Below, one piece after another: positions 14,701 to 30,800 of a stretch of DNA of 64,000 nucleotides. Made by a program: the position numbers and the translations under genes. Under the pieces are notes generated by a model. The model did no database searches, was not told where the DNA came from, and saw nothing but the letters and a program-made list of their open reading frames with translations. Location: NCBI RefSeq assembly GCF_009914755.1, contig NC_060933.1. One strand, given 5' to 3'. The stretch comes from the human T2T-CHM13v2.0 reference genome, Homo sapiens. The number at the start of each line of letters is the position of its first letter. Positions within the stretch are counted from its first letter, which is position 1.

Positions 14701-15593
14701 TGAATGGAATGGAAAGAATGGAATCAACACGAGAGGAAGGGCATGGATTGGAATGCAATGGAATGGAATCAACCCGAGTACAGGGGAATGGAATGGAATG
14801 GAATGCAATGGAATGGAATCATCCGTAATGGAATGGAAAGGAATGGAATGGAATGGAATGGAATGGAATGGAATGGAATGGAATCAACACGATTGCAATC
14901 GAATGGAATGGAATGGAATAAACCCGAATAGAATGGAATGGAATGGAATGGAACGGAACGGAATGGAATGCAATGGAATGGAATGGAATGGAATCAAGGC
15001 GAGTGCAGGGGAATGGAATGGAATGGAATGCAATGGAATGGAATCTTCCGGAATGGAATGGAATGGAATGGAATGGAATGAAATGCAATGGATTCAACTC
15101 GATTGCAATGGAATGGAATAGAATGGAATGGAATGGAATGGAATGGAATTAACCCGAATAGAATGGAATGGAATGGAACGGAATGCAACGGAACGGAATG
15201 GAACGGAATGGAATGGAATGGAATGGAATGGAATGGAATGGTATCGAATGGAATGGAATGGTACGGAATAGAATGGAATGGAACGAATTGTAATGGAATG
15301 GAATTGAACGGAATGGAATGGAATGGAATGGAATCAACGCGAGTGCAGGGGAATGTAATGGAACGGAATGCAATGGAATGGAATCATCCGGAATGGAATG
15401 GAATGGAATGGAAAGGAATGGAATGGAATGGAATCAATCCGAGTGCAATGGAATGGAGTGGAATGGAATGGAATGGAATGGAACAACCCGAATGGAATGG
15501 AATGTAATGGAGAGTAAGGGAGTTGAATAGAATCAATCCGAATGTAATGGAATTGAATGCAAAGGAATGGAATGGAATGGAATGGAATGGAAT

Positions 15594-15880
15594 GCAAAGG
15601 AATGGAATCAACCCGAGTGGAATGGCATGGAATGGAATTCAATGGAATGGAATGGAATGGAATCAACTCTAGTGGAAAGGAATGGAATGGAATGGAAAGG
15701 AATGGAATGAAATCAACTCGAGTGGAATGGAATGGAATGGAATAGATTGGAATGGATTGCAACCGAATGAAATGGAATGGAATGGAATGGAATTAATCAT
15801 TCCGAGTGGAATGGAAGGGAATGTAATGGAGTGGAAAGAAGGGAATGGAATCAACCCGATTGGAATGCAAGGCAATGGAA
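15594..15880 (+). repeat. Rare module F (AATCATTCCGAGT...GGAGTGGAAAGAAGGGAAT...GCAAGGCAAT); 4 copies
   Basis: Seen only at ~15.6-15.9, 50.7-51.0, 51.8-52.1 (short internal deletion) and 55.3-55.6 kb. Confidence 0.8.
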
Positions 15881-18800
15881 TGGAATGGAAAGGAATGGAA
15901 TGGAATCAACTCGATTGCAATGGAATGGAATGGAATGGAATGGAATGGAATGGAATTAACAGGAAGAGAATGGAATGGAATGGAATGGAACGGAATGGAA
16001 TGGAATGGAAGGGAATGGAATCAACACGAGTGCAGGGGAATGGAATGGAATGGAATGCAATGGAATGGAATCATCCGGAATGGAATGGAATGGAATGGAA
16101 TCAACTCCATTGCAATGGAATGGAATAGAATGGAATGGAATAGAATGGAATGGAATTAACCCGAATAGAATGGAATGCAATAGAATGGTATGCAACGGAA
16201 CCGAGTGGAGTGGAATGGAATGGAATGGAATCAACCCGAGTACAGGGGAATGGAATGGAATGGAATGCAATGGAATGGAGTCATACGTAATGGAATGGAA
16301 AGGAATGGAATGGAATGGAATGGAATGGAATGGAATGGAATCAACTCGATGGCAATCGAATGGAATGGAATGGAATTAACCCGAATAGAATGGAATGGAA
16401 TGGAATGGAACGGAACGGAATGGAATGAAATGGAATGGAATGGAATGGAATGGAACGGAACGTAATGGAATGGAATGGAATGGAATGGAATGGAATCAAC
16501 GCGAGTGCAGGGGAATGGAATGGAATGAAATGCAATGGAATGGAATCTTCCGGAATGGAATGGAATGGAATAGAATGGAATGAAAGGCAATGTATTCAAC
16601 TCGATTGCAATGTAATGGAATAGAATGGAAGGGAATGGAATGGAATGGAATCGAATTGAATGGAATGGAATGCCTTCAAACCGAATGGAAAGGAAAGGAA
16701 TGGAATCAACACGAGTGGAAAGGAATGGAATGGAAAGGAATGGAATGGAATGGAATGGTACGGAATAGAACGGAATGGAACGAACTGGAATGGAATGGAA
16801 TGGAATGGAATGGAATGGAATGGAATCGTTCCGAGTGGAATAGGAGGGAATGTATTCGAGTGGAATGGAAAGGAATGGAATCAACCAGAGTGGAATGGAA
16901 GGGAATGGAATGGAATGGAAACTAATAGAATGGAATCAACCCGAGTGGAATGGAATGCAAAGGACTGGAATGGAATGGAATGGAATGGAATGGAATGGAA
17001 TCAACTCGATTGTAATGGAATGGAATGGAATGGAATGGAATGGAATGGAATGGAATTAACCCGAATACAATGGAATGGAATGGAATGGAACGGAATGGAG
17101 TGGAATGGAATGGAATCAACCCGCGTGTAATGGAATGGAAAGGACTGGAATGGAGTGGAATGGAATGGAATGCAATGGAATGGAATCAACTAGATTGGAA
17201 TGGAATGGAATGGAATGGAATGCAATGGAATGGAATCTTCCGGAAAGGAATGGAATGGAATGGAATAAACCCGAGTGCAATGGAATGGAGAGGAATGGAA
17301 TGGAATGGAATGGAAACTACCCGAATGGAATGGAATGTAATGGAGTGTAAGGAAATTGAATAGAATCAATCCGAATGTAATGGAATGGAATGGAACGGAA
17401 TGGAATGGAATGGAATGGAATGGAATGGAATGGAATGCAATGGAATGCAATCAACCCGAGTGCAATCGAATGGAATCGAATTGAATGGAATGCAATGGAA
17501 TGGATTCAACTTCAATGGAATGGAAAGAATGGAATCAACACGAGTGGAAGGGCATGGATTGGAATGCAGTGGAATGGAAACAACCCGAGTACAGGGGAAT
17601 GGAATGGAATGGAATGCAATGGAATGGAATCATCCGTAATGGAATGGAAAGGAATGGAATGGAATGGAATGGAATGGAATGGAATGGAATGGAATGGAAT
17701 GGAATCAACACGATTGCAATCGAATGGAATGGAATGGAATTAACCCGAATAGAATGGAATGGAATGGAATGGAACGGAACGGAATGGAATGGAATGGAAT
17801 GGAATGGAATGGAACGGAACGGAACGGAATGGAATGGAATGGAATGGAATGGAATGGAATGGAATGGAATCAACGCGAGTGCAGGGGAATGGAATGGAAT
17901 GGAATGCAATGGAATGGAATCTTCCGGAATGGAATGGAATAGAATGGAATGGAATGGAATGAAATGGAATCAACCCGAGTACAGGGGAATGGAATGGAAG
18001 GTAATGCAATGGAATGGAATCATCCGTCATGGAATGGAAAGGAATGGAATGGAATGGAATGGAATGGAATGGAATGGAATGGAATCACCTCGATTGCAAT
18101 CGAATGGAATGGAATGGAATTAACCCGAATAGAATGGAATCAAATGGAACGGAACGGAACGGAACGGAATGGAATGGAATGGAATGGAACGGAACGGAAC
18201 GGAATGGAATGGAATGGAATGGAATGGAATGGAATCAACGCGAGTGCAGGGGAATGCAATGGAATGGAAGGCAATGGAATGGAATCTTCCGGAATGGAAT
18301 GGAATGGAATGAAATGGACTCAACTCGATTGCAATGGAATGGAATAGAATGGAATGGAATGGAATGGAATGGAATTAACCCGAATAAAATGGAATGGATT
18401 GGAATGGAACGGAACGGAACGGAACGGAATGGAATGGAATGGAGTGGAATGGAATGGAATGGTATGGAATGGAATGGAATGGTACGGAATAGAACGGAAT
18501 GGAACGAACTGGAATGGAATGGAATGGAATGGAATGGAATGGAATGGAATGGAATGGAATCGTTCCGAGTGGAATAGGAGGGAATGTATTCGAGTGGAAT
18601 GGAAAGCAATGGAATCAACCAGAGTGGAATGGAAGGGAATGGAATGGAATGGAAACTACTAGAATGGAATCAACCCGAGTGGAATGGAATGGAAAGGACT
18701 GGAATGGAACGGAATGGAATGGAATCAACTCGATTGTAATGGAATGGAATGGAATGGAATGGAATGGAATGGAATGGAATGGAATTAACCCGAATACAAT

Positions 18801-21800
18801 GGAATGGAATGGAATGGAACGGAATGGAGTGGAATGGAAAGGAATCAACCCGAGTGCAGGGGAATGGAATGGAATGGAATGCAATGGAATGGAATCATCC
18901 GGAATGGAATGGAATGGAAAGGAATGCAAAGCAATGGAATCAACTCGATTGCAATGGAATGGAATGGAATGGAAAGGAATACATTCGAATCAACCAGAGT
19001 GGAATGGAATGGAAAGGACTGGAATGGAGTGGAATGGAATGGAATGGAATGGAATGGAATCAACTCGATTGGAATGGAATGGAATGGAATGGAATGGAAT
19101 TAACCCGAATAGAATGGAAAGGAATGGAATGGACCGGAACGGAACGGAATGGAATGGAATGGAATGGAATGGAATGGAATGGAATGGAAACAACCCGACT
19201 GCAGGGGAATGGAATGGAATGGAATGCAATGGAATGGATTCAACTTGAATGGAATGGAAAGAATGGAATCAACACGAGTGGAATGGCATGGATTGGAATG
19301 GAATGAAATGGAATGAACCCGAGTACAGGGGAATGGAATGGAATGGAATGCAATGGAATGGAATCATCCGTAATGGAATGGAAAGGAATGGAATGGAATG
19401 GAATGGAATGGAATGGAATGGAATCAACTCGATTGCAATCGAATGGAATGAAATGGAATTAACCCGAATGGAATGGAATGGAATGGAATGCAATGGAACG
19501 GAACGGAACAGAACGGAATGGAATGGAATGGAATGGAATGCAATGGAATGGAACGGAAAGGAATGGAATGGAATGGAATGGAATGGAATGGAATGGAATC
19601 AACGCGAGTACAGGGGAATGGAATGGAATGGAATGCAATTGAATGGGATCTTCCGGAATGGAATGGAATGGAATGGAATGGAATGGAATGGAATGGAATG
19701 GAATGGAATAAACCCGAGTGCAATGGAATGGAGTGCAATGGAATGGAATGGAATGGAACAACCCGAATGGAATGGAATGGAATGGAGAGTAAGGGAGTTG
19801 AATAGAATCAATCCGAATGTAATGGAATGGAATGGAACGGAATGGAATTGAATGGAATGGAATGGAATGTAACGGAATGGAATCAACCCGAGTGCAATGG
19901 AATGGAGAGGAATGGAATGGAATGGAATGGAAACTACCCGAATGGAATGGAATGTAATGGAGTGTAAGGGAATTGAATAGAATCAATCCGAATGTAATGG
20001 AATGGAATGGAATGGAACGGAATGGAATGGAATGGAATGGAATGGAATGGAATGGAATGCAATGGAAGGGAATCAACCCGAGTGCAATCGAATGGAATCG
20101 AATGGAATGGAATGCAATGGAATGGATTCAACTTGAATGGAATGGAAAGAATGGAATCAACACGAGTGGAGGGGCATGGATTGGAATGTAATGGAATGGA
20201 ATCAACCCGAGTACAGGGGAATGGAATGGAATGGAATGCAATGGAATGGAATCATCCGTAATGGAATGGAAAGGAATGGAATGGAATGGAATGGAATGGA
20301 ATCAACTCGATTGCAATCGAATGGAATGGAATGGAATTAACCCGAATAGAATGGAATGTAATGGAATGGAACGGAACGGAATGGAATGGAATGGAATGGA
20401 ATGGAATGGAACGGAACGGAATGGAATGGAATGGAATGGAATGGAATGGAATGGAATCAACGCGAGTGCAGGGGAATGGAATGGAATGGAATGCAATGGA
20501 ATGGAATCTTCCGGAATGGAATGGAATGGAATGGAATGGAATGAAATGCAATGGATTCAACTCGATTGCAATGGAATGGAATAGAATGGAATGGAATGGA
20601 ATGGAATGGAATGGAATTAATCCGAATAGAATGGAATGCAATGGAATGGAACGGAATGGAACGGAAAGGAATGGAATGGAACGGAATGGAATGGAATGGA
20701 ATGGAATGGAATGGTATGGAATGGAATGGAATGGTATGGAATAGAATGGAATGGAACGAATTGTAATGGAATGGAATTGAATGGAATGGAATGGAATGGA
20801 ATGGAATGGAATCAACCTGAGTGTAGGGGAATGTAATGGAACGGAATGCAATGGAATGGAATCATCCGGAATGGAACGGAATGGAATGGAATGGAATGGG
20901 ATCAACCCGAGTGCAATGGAATGGAGTGGAATGCAATGGAATGGAATGGAACAACCCGAATGGAATGGAATGTAATGGAGAGTAAGGGTGTTGAATAGAA
21001 TCAATCCGAACGTAATGGAATGGAATGCAAAGGAATGGAATGGAATGGAATGCAATGGAATGCAATGGAAAGGAATCAACCCGAGTACAATGGAATGGAA
21101 TGGAATGGAATGGAATGGAATGGAATGGAATGATACGGAATAGAATGGAATGGAACGAAATGGAATGGAATGGAATGAAATGGAATGGAATGGAATGGAA
21201 TGGAATCGTTCCGAGTGGAATAGGAGGGAATGTATTCGAGTGGAATGGAAAGGAATGGAATCAACCAGAGTGGAATGGAAGGGAATGGAATGGAATGGAA
21301 ACTAATAGAATGGAATCAACCCGAGTGGAATGGAATGGAAAGGACTGGAATGGAATGGAATGGAATGGAATCAACTAGATTGTAATGGAATGGAATGGAA
21401 TGGAATGGAATGGAATGGAATGGAATGGAATGGAATCAACCCGACTGCAGGGGAATGGAATGGAATGGAATGGAATGGAATGGAATGCAATCAACCCGAG
21501 TAAAATGGAATAGAATGGAATGGAATGGAATAGAATGGAATGGAATGGAATGGAATGGAATGGAATGCCTTCAAACCGAATGGAATGGAAAGGAATGGGA
21601 TCAACACGAGTGGAATGGAATGGAAGGGAATGGAATGGAATGGAATGGAATGATACGGAATAGAATGGAATGGAACGAAATGGAATGGATTGGAATGGAA
21701 TGGAATGGAATGGAATGGAATGGAATCGTTCCAAGTGGAATAGGAGGGAATGTATTCGAGTGGAATGGAAAGGAATGGAATCAACCAGAGTGGAATGGAA

Positions 21801-24800
21801 GGGAATGGAATGGAATGGAAACTAATAGAATGGAATCAACCCGAGTGGAATGGAATGGAAAGGACTGGAATGGAATGGAATGGAATGGAATGGAATGGAA
21901 TCAACTCGATTGGAATGGAATGGAATGGAATGGAATGGAATGGAATTTAATTAACCCGAATACAATGGAATGGAATGGAAAGCAACGGAATGGAGTGGAA
22001 TGGAATGGAATCAACCCGAGTGCAGGGGAATGGAATGGAATGGAATGCAATGGAATGGAATCAACCTGAGTGCAATCGAATTGAATCGAATGGAATGGAA
22101 TGCAATGGAATGGATTCAACTTGAATGGAATGGAAAGAATGGAATCAACACGAGTGGAATGGCATGGATTGGAATGGAATGGAATGGAATCAACCCGAGT
22201 ACAGGGGAATGGAATGGAATGGAATGCAATGGAATGGAATCATCAGTAATGGAATTGAAAGGAATGGAATGGAATGGAATGGAATGGAATCAACTCGATT
22301 GCAATCGAATGGAATGAAATGGAATTAACCCGAATAGAATGGAATGGAATGGAATGGAACGGAATGGAATGGAATGGAATGGAATGGAATGGAATGGAAC
22401 GGAATGGAATGGAATGGAAAGGAATGGAATGGAATGGAATCAACGCGAGTGCAGGGGAATGGAATGGAATGGAATGCAATGGAATGGAATCTTCTGGAAT
22501 GGAATGGAATGGAATGGAATGGAATGAAATGCAATGGATTCAACTCGATTGCAATGGAATGGAATAGAATGGAATGGAAAGGAATGGAATGGAATTAATC
22601 CGAATAGAATGGAATGGAATGGAATGGAACGGAATGGAACGGAATGGAATGGAATGGAATGGAATGGAATGGTATGGAATGGAATGGAATGGTACGGAAT
22701 AGAATGGAATGGAACGAATTGTAATGGAATGGAATGGAATGGAATGGAATGGAATGGAATGGAATCATCCGGAATGGAATGGAATGGAATGGAATGCAAT
22801 GGAATGGAGTGGAATCAACCCGAGTGCAATGGAATGGAGTGGAATGGAATGGAATGGAATGGAACAACCCGAATATAATGGAATGTAATGGAGAGTAAGG
22901 GAGTTGAATAGAATCAATCCGAATGTAATGGAATGGAATGCTACGGAATGGAATGGAGTGGAATGGAATGGAATGCAATGGAATTGAATCAACCCGAGTA
23001 CAATGGAATGGAATGGAATGGAATGGAATGGAATGGAATGGGATGGAATGATACGAAATAGAATGGAATGGAACGAAATGGAATGGAATGGAATGGAATG
23101 GAATGGAATGCACTCGTTCCGAGTGGAATAGGAGGGAATGTATTCGAGTGGAATGGAAAGGAATGGTATCAACCAGAGTGGAATGGAAGGGAATGGAATG
23201 GAATGGAAACTAATAGAATGGAATGAACCGGAGTGGAATGGAATGGAAAGGACTGGAATGGAATGGAATGGAATGGAATCAACTCGATTGTAATGGAATG
23301 GAATGGAATGGAATGGAATGGAATGGAATGGAATTAACCCGAATACAATGGAATGGAATGGAATGGAACGGAATGGAGTGGAATGGAATGGAATCAACCT
23401 GAGAGCAGGGGAATGGAATGGAATGGAATGCAATGGAATGGAATCATCCGGAATGGAATGGAATGGAATGGAATGCAAAGCAATGGAATCAACTTGATTG
23501 CAATGGAATGGAATGGAATGGAAAGGAATACATTGGAATCAACCAGAGTGGAATGGAATGGAAAGGACTGGAATGGAGTGGAATGGAATGGAATGGAATG
23601 GAATGGAATGGAATGGAATGGAATCAACTTGATTGGAATGGAATGGAATGGAATGGAATGGAATTAACACGAATAGAAAGGAATGGAATGGAAAGGAACA
23701 GAACGGAATGGAATGGAATGGAATGGAATGGAATGGAATGGAACAACCCGAATGGAATGGAATGTAATGGAGAGTAAGGGAGTTGAATAGAATCAATCCG
23801 AATGTAATCGAATAGAATGGAGTCAACCCGAGTGCAGGGGAATGGAATGGAATGGAATGCAATGGAATGGAATCATCCGGAATGGAATGGAATGGAATGC
23901 AATAGAATGGAATGGAATGGAATCAACCCGAGTGCAATGGAATGGAGTGAAATGGAATGGAATGGAATGGAAACAACCAGAATGGATTGGAATATAATGG
24001 AGTGTAAGGGAATTGAATAGAATAAATCTGTATGTAATGAAATGGAATGGAACGGAATGGAATGGAATGGAATGGAATGGAATGGAATGCAATGGAATGG
24101 AATCAACCCGAGTGCAATCGAATGGAATCGAATGGAATGGAATGCAATGGAATGGATTCAACTTGAATGGAAAGGAAAGAATGGAATCAACACGAGTGGA
24201 ATGGCATGGATTGGAATGGAATGGAATGGAATCAACCCGAGTACAGGGGAATGGAATGGAATGGAATGCAATGGAATGGAATCATCCGTAATGGAATGGA
24301 AAGGAATGGAATGGAATGGAATGGAATGGAATGGAATGGAATGGAATCAACTCGATTGCAATCGAATGGAATGGAATGGAATTAACCGAATAGAATGGAA
24401 TGGAATGGAATGGAACGGAACGGAATGGAATGGAATGGAATGGAATGGAATGGAATGGAATGGAACGGAAAGGAAGTGAATGGAATGGAATAGAATGGAA
24501 TGGAATGGAATCAACGCGAGTGCAGGGGAATGGAATGGAATGGAATGCAATGGAAAGGAATCTTCCGGAATGGAATGGAATGGAATGGAATGGAATGGAA
24601 TGGAATGGAATCAACCCGAGTGCAATGGAATGGAGTGGAATGGAATGGAATGGAATGGAACAACCTGAATGGAATGGAATGGAATGGAGAGTAAAGGAGT
24701 TGAATAGAATCAATCCGAATGTAATGGAATGGAATGCAACGGAATGGAATGGAATGGAATGGAATGGAATCAAACCGAGTGCAATCGAATGGAATCGAAT

Positions 24801-27800
24801 GGAATGGAATGCAATGGAATGGATTCAACTTGAATGGAATGGAAAGAATGGAATCAACACGAGTGGAATGGCATGGACTGGAATGGAACGGAATGGAATC
24901 AACACGAGTACAGGGGAATGGAAGGGAATGGAATTCAATGGAATGGAATCATCAGTAATGGAATGGAAAGGAATGGAATGGAATGGAATGGAATGGAATC
25001 AACTCGATTGCAATCGAATGGAATGGAATGGAATTAACCCGAATAGAATGGAATGGAATGGAACGGAACGGAACGGAACGGAATGGAATGGAATGGAATG
25101 GAATGGAATGGAATGGAACGGAACGGAATGGAATGGAATGGAATGGAATGGAATGGAATGGAATGGAATCAACGCGAGTGCAGGGGAATTGAATGGAATG
25201 GAATGCAATGGAATGGAATCTTCCGTAATGGAATGGAATGGAATGCAATGGAATGAAATGCAATGGATTCAACTCGATTGCAATGGAATGGAATAGAATG
25301 GAATGGAATGGAATGGAATGGAATTAATCCGAATAGAATGGAATGGAATGGAATGGAACGGAATGGAACGGAATGGAATGGAATGGAATGGAATCGAATG
25401 GAATGGAATGGTATGGAATGGAATGGAATGGTACGGAATAGAATGGAATGGAACGAATTGTAATGGAATGGAATTGAATGGAATGGAATGGAATGGAATG
25501 GAATCAAAGCGACTGCAGGGGAATGTAATGGAACGGAAAGCAATGGAATGGAATCATCCGGAATGGAATGGAATGGAATGGAATGGAATGGAATCAACCC
25601 CAGTGCAATGGAATGGAGTGGAATGGAATGGAATGGAATGGAACAACCCGAATGGAATGGAATGTAATGGAGAGTAAGGGAGTTGAATAGAATCAATCCG
25701 AATGTAATGGAATGGAATGCAACGGAATGGAATGGAATGGAATGGAATGGAATGCAATGGAATGGAATCAACCCGAGTACAATGGAATGGAATGGAATGG
25801 AATGGAATTTAATGGAATGGAATGGAATGGAATGGAATGATACGGAATAGAATGGAATGGAACGAAATGGAATGGAATGGAATGGAATGGAATGGAATGG
25901 AGTGGAATGGAATGGAATGGAATGGAATCGTTCCGAGTGGAATAGGAGGGAATGTTTTCGAGTGGAATGGAAAGGAATGGAATCAACCAGAGTGGAATGG
26001 AAGGGAATGGAATGGAATGGAAACTAATAGAATGGAATCAACCCGAGTGGAATGGAATGGAAAGGACTGGAATGGAATGGAATGGAATGGAGTCAACTCG
26101 ATTGTAATGGAATGGAATGGAATGGAATGGAATGGAATGGAATGGAATGGAATGGAATTAACCCGAATACAATGGAATGGAATGGAATGGAACGGAATGG
26201 AGTGGAATGGAATGGAATCAAACTGAGTGCAGGGGAATGGAATGGAATGGAATGCAATGGAATGGAATCAACCCGAGTGCAATCGAATGGAATCGAATGG
26301 AATGGAATGCAATGGAATGGATTCAACTTGAATGGAATGGAAAGAATGGAATCAAGGAATCAACACGAGTGGAATGGCACGGATTGGAATGGAATGGAAT
26401 GGAATCAACCCGAGTATAGGGGAATGGAATGGAATGGAATGCAATGGAATGGAATCATCCGTAATGGAATGGAAAGGAATTGAATCGAATGGAATGGAAT
26501 GGAATGGAATGGAATCAACTCGATTGCAATCGAATGGAATGGAATGGAATTAACCCGAATAGAATGGAATGGAATGGAATGGAAAGGAACGGAATGGAAT
26601 GGAATGGAATGGAATGGAATGGAATGGAACGGAAAGGAAGGGAATGGAATGGAAAAGAATGGAATGGAATGGAATCAACGCGAGTGCAGGGGAATGGAAT
26701 GGAATGGAATGCAATGGAATGGAATCATCCGTAAAGGAATGGAAAGGAATGGAATGGAATGCAATGGAATGGAATGGAATGGAATGGAATGGAAACAACT
26801 CGATTGCAATCGAATGGAATGGAATGAAATTAACCCGAATAGAATGGAATGGAATGGAATGGAACGGAACGGAATGGAATGGAATGGAATGGAATGGAAT
26901 GGAAAGGAAAGGAAGGGAATGGAATGGAATAGAATGGAATGGAATGGAATCAACGCGAGTGCAGGGGAATGGAATGGAATGGAATGCAATGGAATGGAAT
27001 CTTCCGGAATGGAATGGAATGGAATGGAATGGAATGGAATGGAATGGAATCAACCCGAGTGCAATGGAATGGAGTGGAATGGAATGGAATGGAATGGAAC
27101 AACCCGAATGGAATGGAATGTAATGGAGAGTAAGGGAGTTGAAAAGAATCAATCCGAATGTAATGGAATGGAATGGAATGGAATGGAATGGAATGGAATG
27201 GAATGGAATGGAATGCAATGGAATGGAATCAACCCGAGTACAATGGAATGGAATGGAATGGAATGGAATGGAATGGAATGGAATGGAATGGAATGGAATG
27301 CAATGGAATGCAATGGAATGGAATCTTCAGGAATGGAATGGAATGGAATGGAATGGAATGGAATGCAATGGATTCAACTCGATTGCAATGGAATGGAATA
27401 GAATGGAATGGAATGGAATGGAATGGAATGGAATTAAACCGAATAGAATGGAACGGAATGGAATGGAACGGAACAGAACGGAACGGAACGGAACGGAGTG
27501 GAATGGAATGGAATGGAATTGTATGGAATGGAATGGAATGGTACGGAATAGAATGGAATGGAAAGAATTGGAATGGAATGGAATCGTATGGAATGGAATG
27601 GAATGGAATGGAATGGAATCAACCCGAGTGCAGGGGAATGTAATGGAACGGAATGCAATGGAATGGAATCATCCGGAATGGAATGGAATGGAATGGAATG
27701 GAATGGAATGGAATGGAATCAACTCGATTGCAATCGAATGGAATGGAATGGAATTAACCCGAATAGAATGGAATGGAATGGAACGGAACGGAATGGAATG

Positions 27801-30800
27801 GAATGGAATGGAATGGAATGGAATGGAACGGAATGGAATGGAATGGAATGGAATGGAATCAACGCGAGTGCAGGGGAATGGAATGGAATGGAATGCAATG
27901 GAATGGAAACTTCCGGAATGGAATGGAATGGAATGGAATGGAATGAAATGCAATGGATTCAACTCCATTGCAATGGAATGGAATAGAATGGAATGGAATG
28001 GAATGGAATGGAATTAATTCGAATAGAATGGAATGGAATGGAATAGAACGGAATGGAACGGAATGGAATGGAATGCAATGGAATGGAATCGTATGGAATG
28101 GAATGGAATGGTACGGAATAGAATGGAATGGAACGAATTGTAATGGAATGGAATGGAATGGAATGGAATGGAATGGAAAGGAATCAACGCGAGTGCAGGG
28201 GAATGTAATAGAACGGAATGCAATGGAATGGAATCATCCGGAATGAAATGGAATGGAATGGAATGGAATGGAATGGAATCAACCCGAGTGCAATGGAATG
28301 GAGTGGAATGGAATGGAATGGAATGGAACAACCCGAATGGAATGGAATGTAATGGAGAGTAAGGGAGTTGAATAGAATCAATCCGAATGTAATGGAATGG
28401 AATGCAACGGAATGGAATGGAATGGAATGGAATGGAATGCAATGGAATTGAAACAACCCGAGTACAATGGAATGGAATGGAATGGAATGGAATGGAATGG
28501 AATGGAATGATACGGAATAGAATGGAATGGAACGAAATGGAATGGAATGGAATGGAATGGAATTGAATGGAATCGTTCCGAGTTGAATAGGAGGGAATGT
28601 ATTCGAGTGGAATGGAAAGGAATGGAATCAACCAGAGTGGAATGGAAGGGAATGGAATGGAATGGAAACTAATAGAATGGAATCAACCCGAGAGGAATGC
28701 AATGGAAAGGACTGGAATGGAATGGAATGGAATGGAATCAACTCGATTGTAATGGAATGGAATGGAATTAACCCGAATACAATGCAATGGAATGGAATGG
28801 AACGGAATGGAGTGGAGTGGAATGGAATCAACCCGAGTGCAGGGGAATGGAATGGAATGGAATGCAATGGAATGGAATCATCCGGAATGGAATGGAATGG
28901 AATGGAATGCAAAGCAATGGAATCAACTAGATTGCAATGGAATGGAATGGAATGGAAAGTAATACATTGGAATCAACCCGAGTGGAATGGAATGGAAAGG
29001 ACTGGAATGGAGTGGAATGGAATGGAATGGAATGGAAAGGAATCAACTCGATTGGAATGGAATGGAATGGAATGGAATGGAATTAATCCGAATAGAATGG
29101 AATGGAATGGAATGGAACGGAACGGAATGAAATGGAATGGAATGGAATGGAATGGAATGGAAACAACCCGACTGCAGGGGAATGGAATGGAATGGAATGC
29201 AATGGAATGGATTCAACTTGAATGGAATGGAAAGAATGGAATCAACACGAGTGGAATGGCATGGATTGGAATGGAATGGAATGGAATCAACCCGAGTACA
29301 GGGGAATGGAATGGAATGGAATGCAATGGAATGGAATCATCCGTAATGGAATGGAAAGGAATGGAATGGAATGGAATGGAATGGAATGGAATGGAATGGA
29401 ATTAACCCGAATAGAATGGAATGGAATGGAATGGAACGGAACGGAACGGAATGGAATGGATTGGAATGGAATGGCATGGAATGGAATGGAACGGAAAGGA
29501 ATGGAATGGAATGGAATGGAATGGAATGGAATGGAATCAACGCGAGTGCAGGGGAATCGAATGGAATGGAATGCAATGGAATGGAATCTTCCGGAATGGA
29601 ATGGAATGGAATGGAATGCAATGGAATAAACCCGAGTGCAATGGAATGGAGTGGAATGGAATGGAATGGAATGGAACAACCCGAATGGAATGGAATGTAA
29701 TGGAGAGTAAGGGAGTTGAATAGAATCAATCCGAATGTAATGGAATGGAATGGAACGGAATGGAATTGAATGGAATGGAATGGAATGCAATAGAATGGAA
29801 TCAACCCGAGTTCAATGGAATGGAGAGGAATGGAATGGAATGGAATGGAAACTACCCGAATGGAATGGAATGTAATGGAGTGTAAGGGAATTGAATAGAA
29901 TCAATCCGAATGTAATGGAATGGAATGGAACGGAATGGAATGGAATGGAATGGAATGGAATGGAATGCAATGGAATGCAATGGAATGGAATCAACCCGAG
30001 TGCAATCGAATGGAATCGAATGGAATGGAATGCAATGGAATGGATTCAACTTGAATGGAATGGAAAGAATGGAATCAACACGAGTGGAATGGCATGGATT
30101 GGAATGGAATGGAATGGAATCAACCCGAGTACAGGGGAATGGAATGGAATGGAATGCAATGGAATGGAATCATCCGTAAAGGAATGGAAAGGAATGGAAT
30201 GGAATGCAATGGAATGGAATGGAATGGAATGGAATGGAAACAACTCGATTGCAATCGAATGGAATGGAATGGAATTAACCCGAATAGAATGGAATGGAAT
30301 GGAATGGAACGGAACGGAATGGAATGGAATGGAATGTAATGGAATGGAAAGGAAAGGAAGGGAATGGAATGGAATAGAATGGAATGGAATGGAATCAACG
30401 CGAGTGCAGGGGAATGGAATGGAATGGAATGCAATGGAATGGAATCTTCCGGAATGGAATGGAATGGAATGGAATCAACCCGAGTGCAATGGAATGGAGT
30501 GGAATGGAATGGAATGGAATGGAACAACCCGAATGGAATGGAATGTAATGGAGAGTAAGGGAGTTGAATAGAATCAATCCGAATGTAATGGAATGGAATG
30601 GAATGGAATGGAATGGAATGCAATGGAATGGAATCAACCCGAGTACAATGGAATGGAATGGAATGGAATGGAATGGAATGGAATGCAATGGATTCAACTC
30701 GATTGCAATGGAATGGAATAGAATGGAATGGAATGGAATGGAATGGAATGGAATGGAATTAAACCGAATAGAATGGAACGGAATGGAATGGAACGGAACA

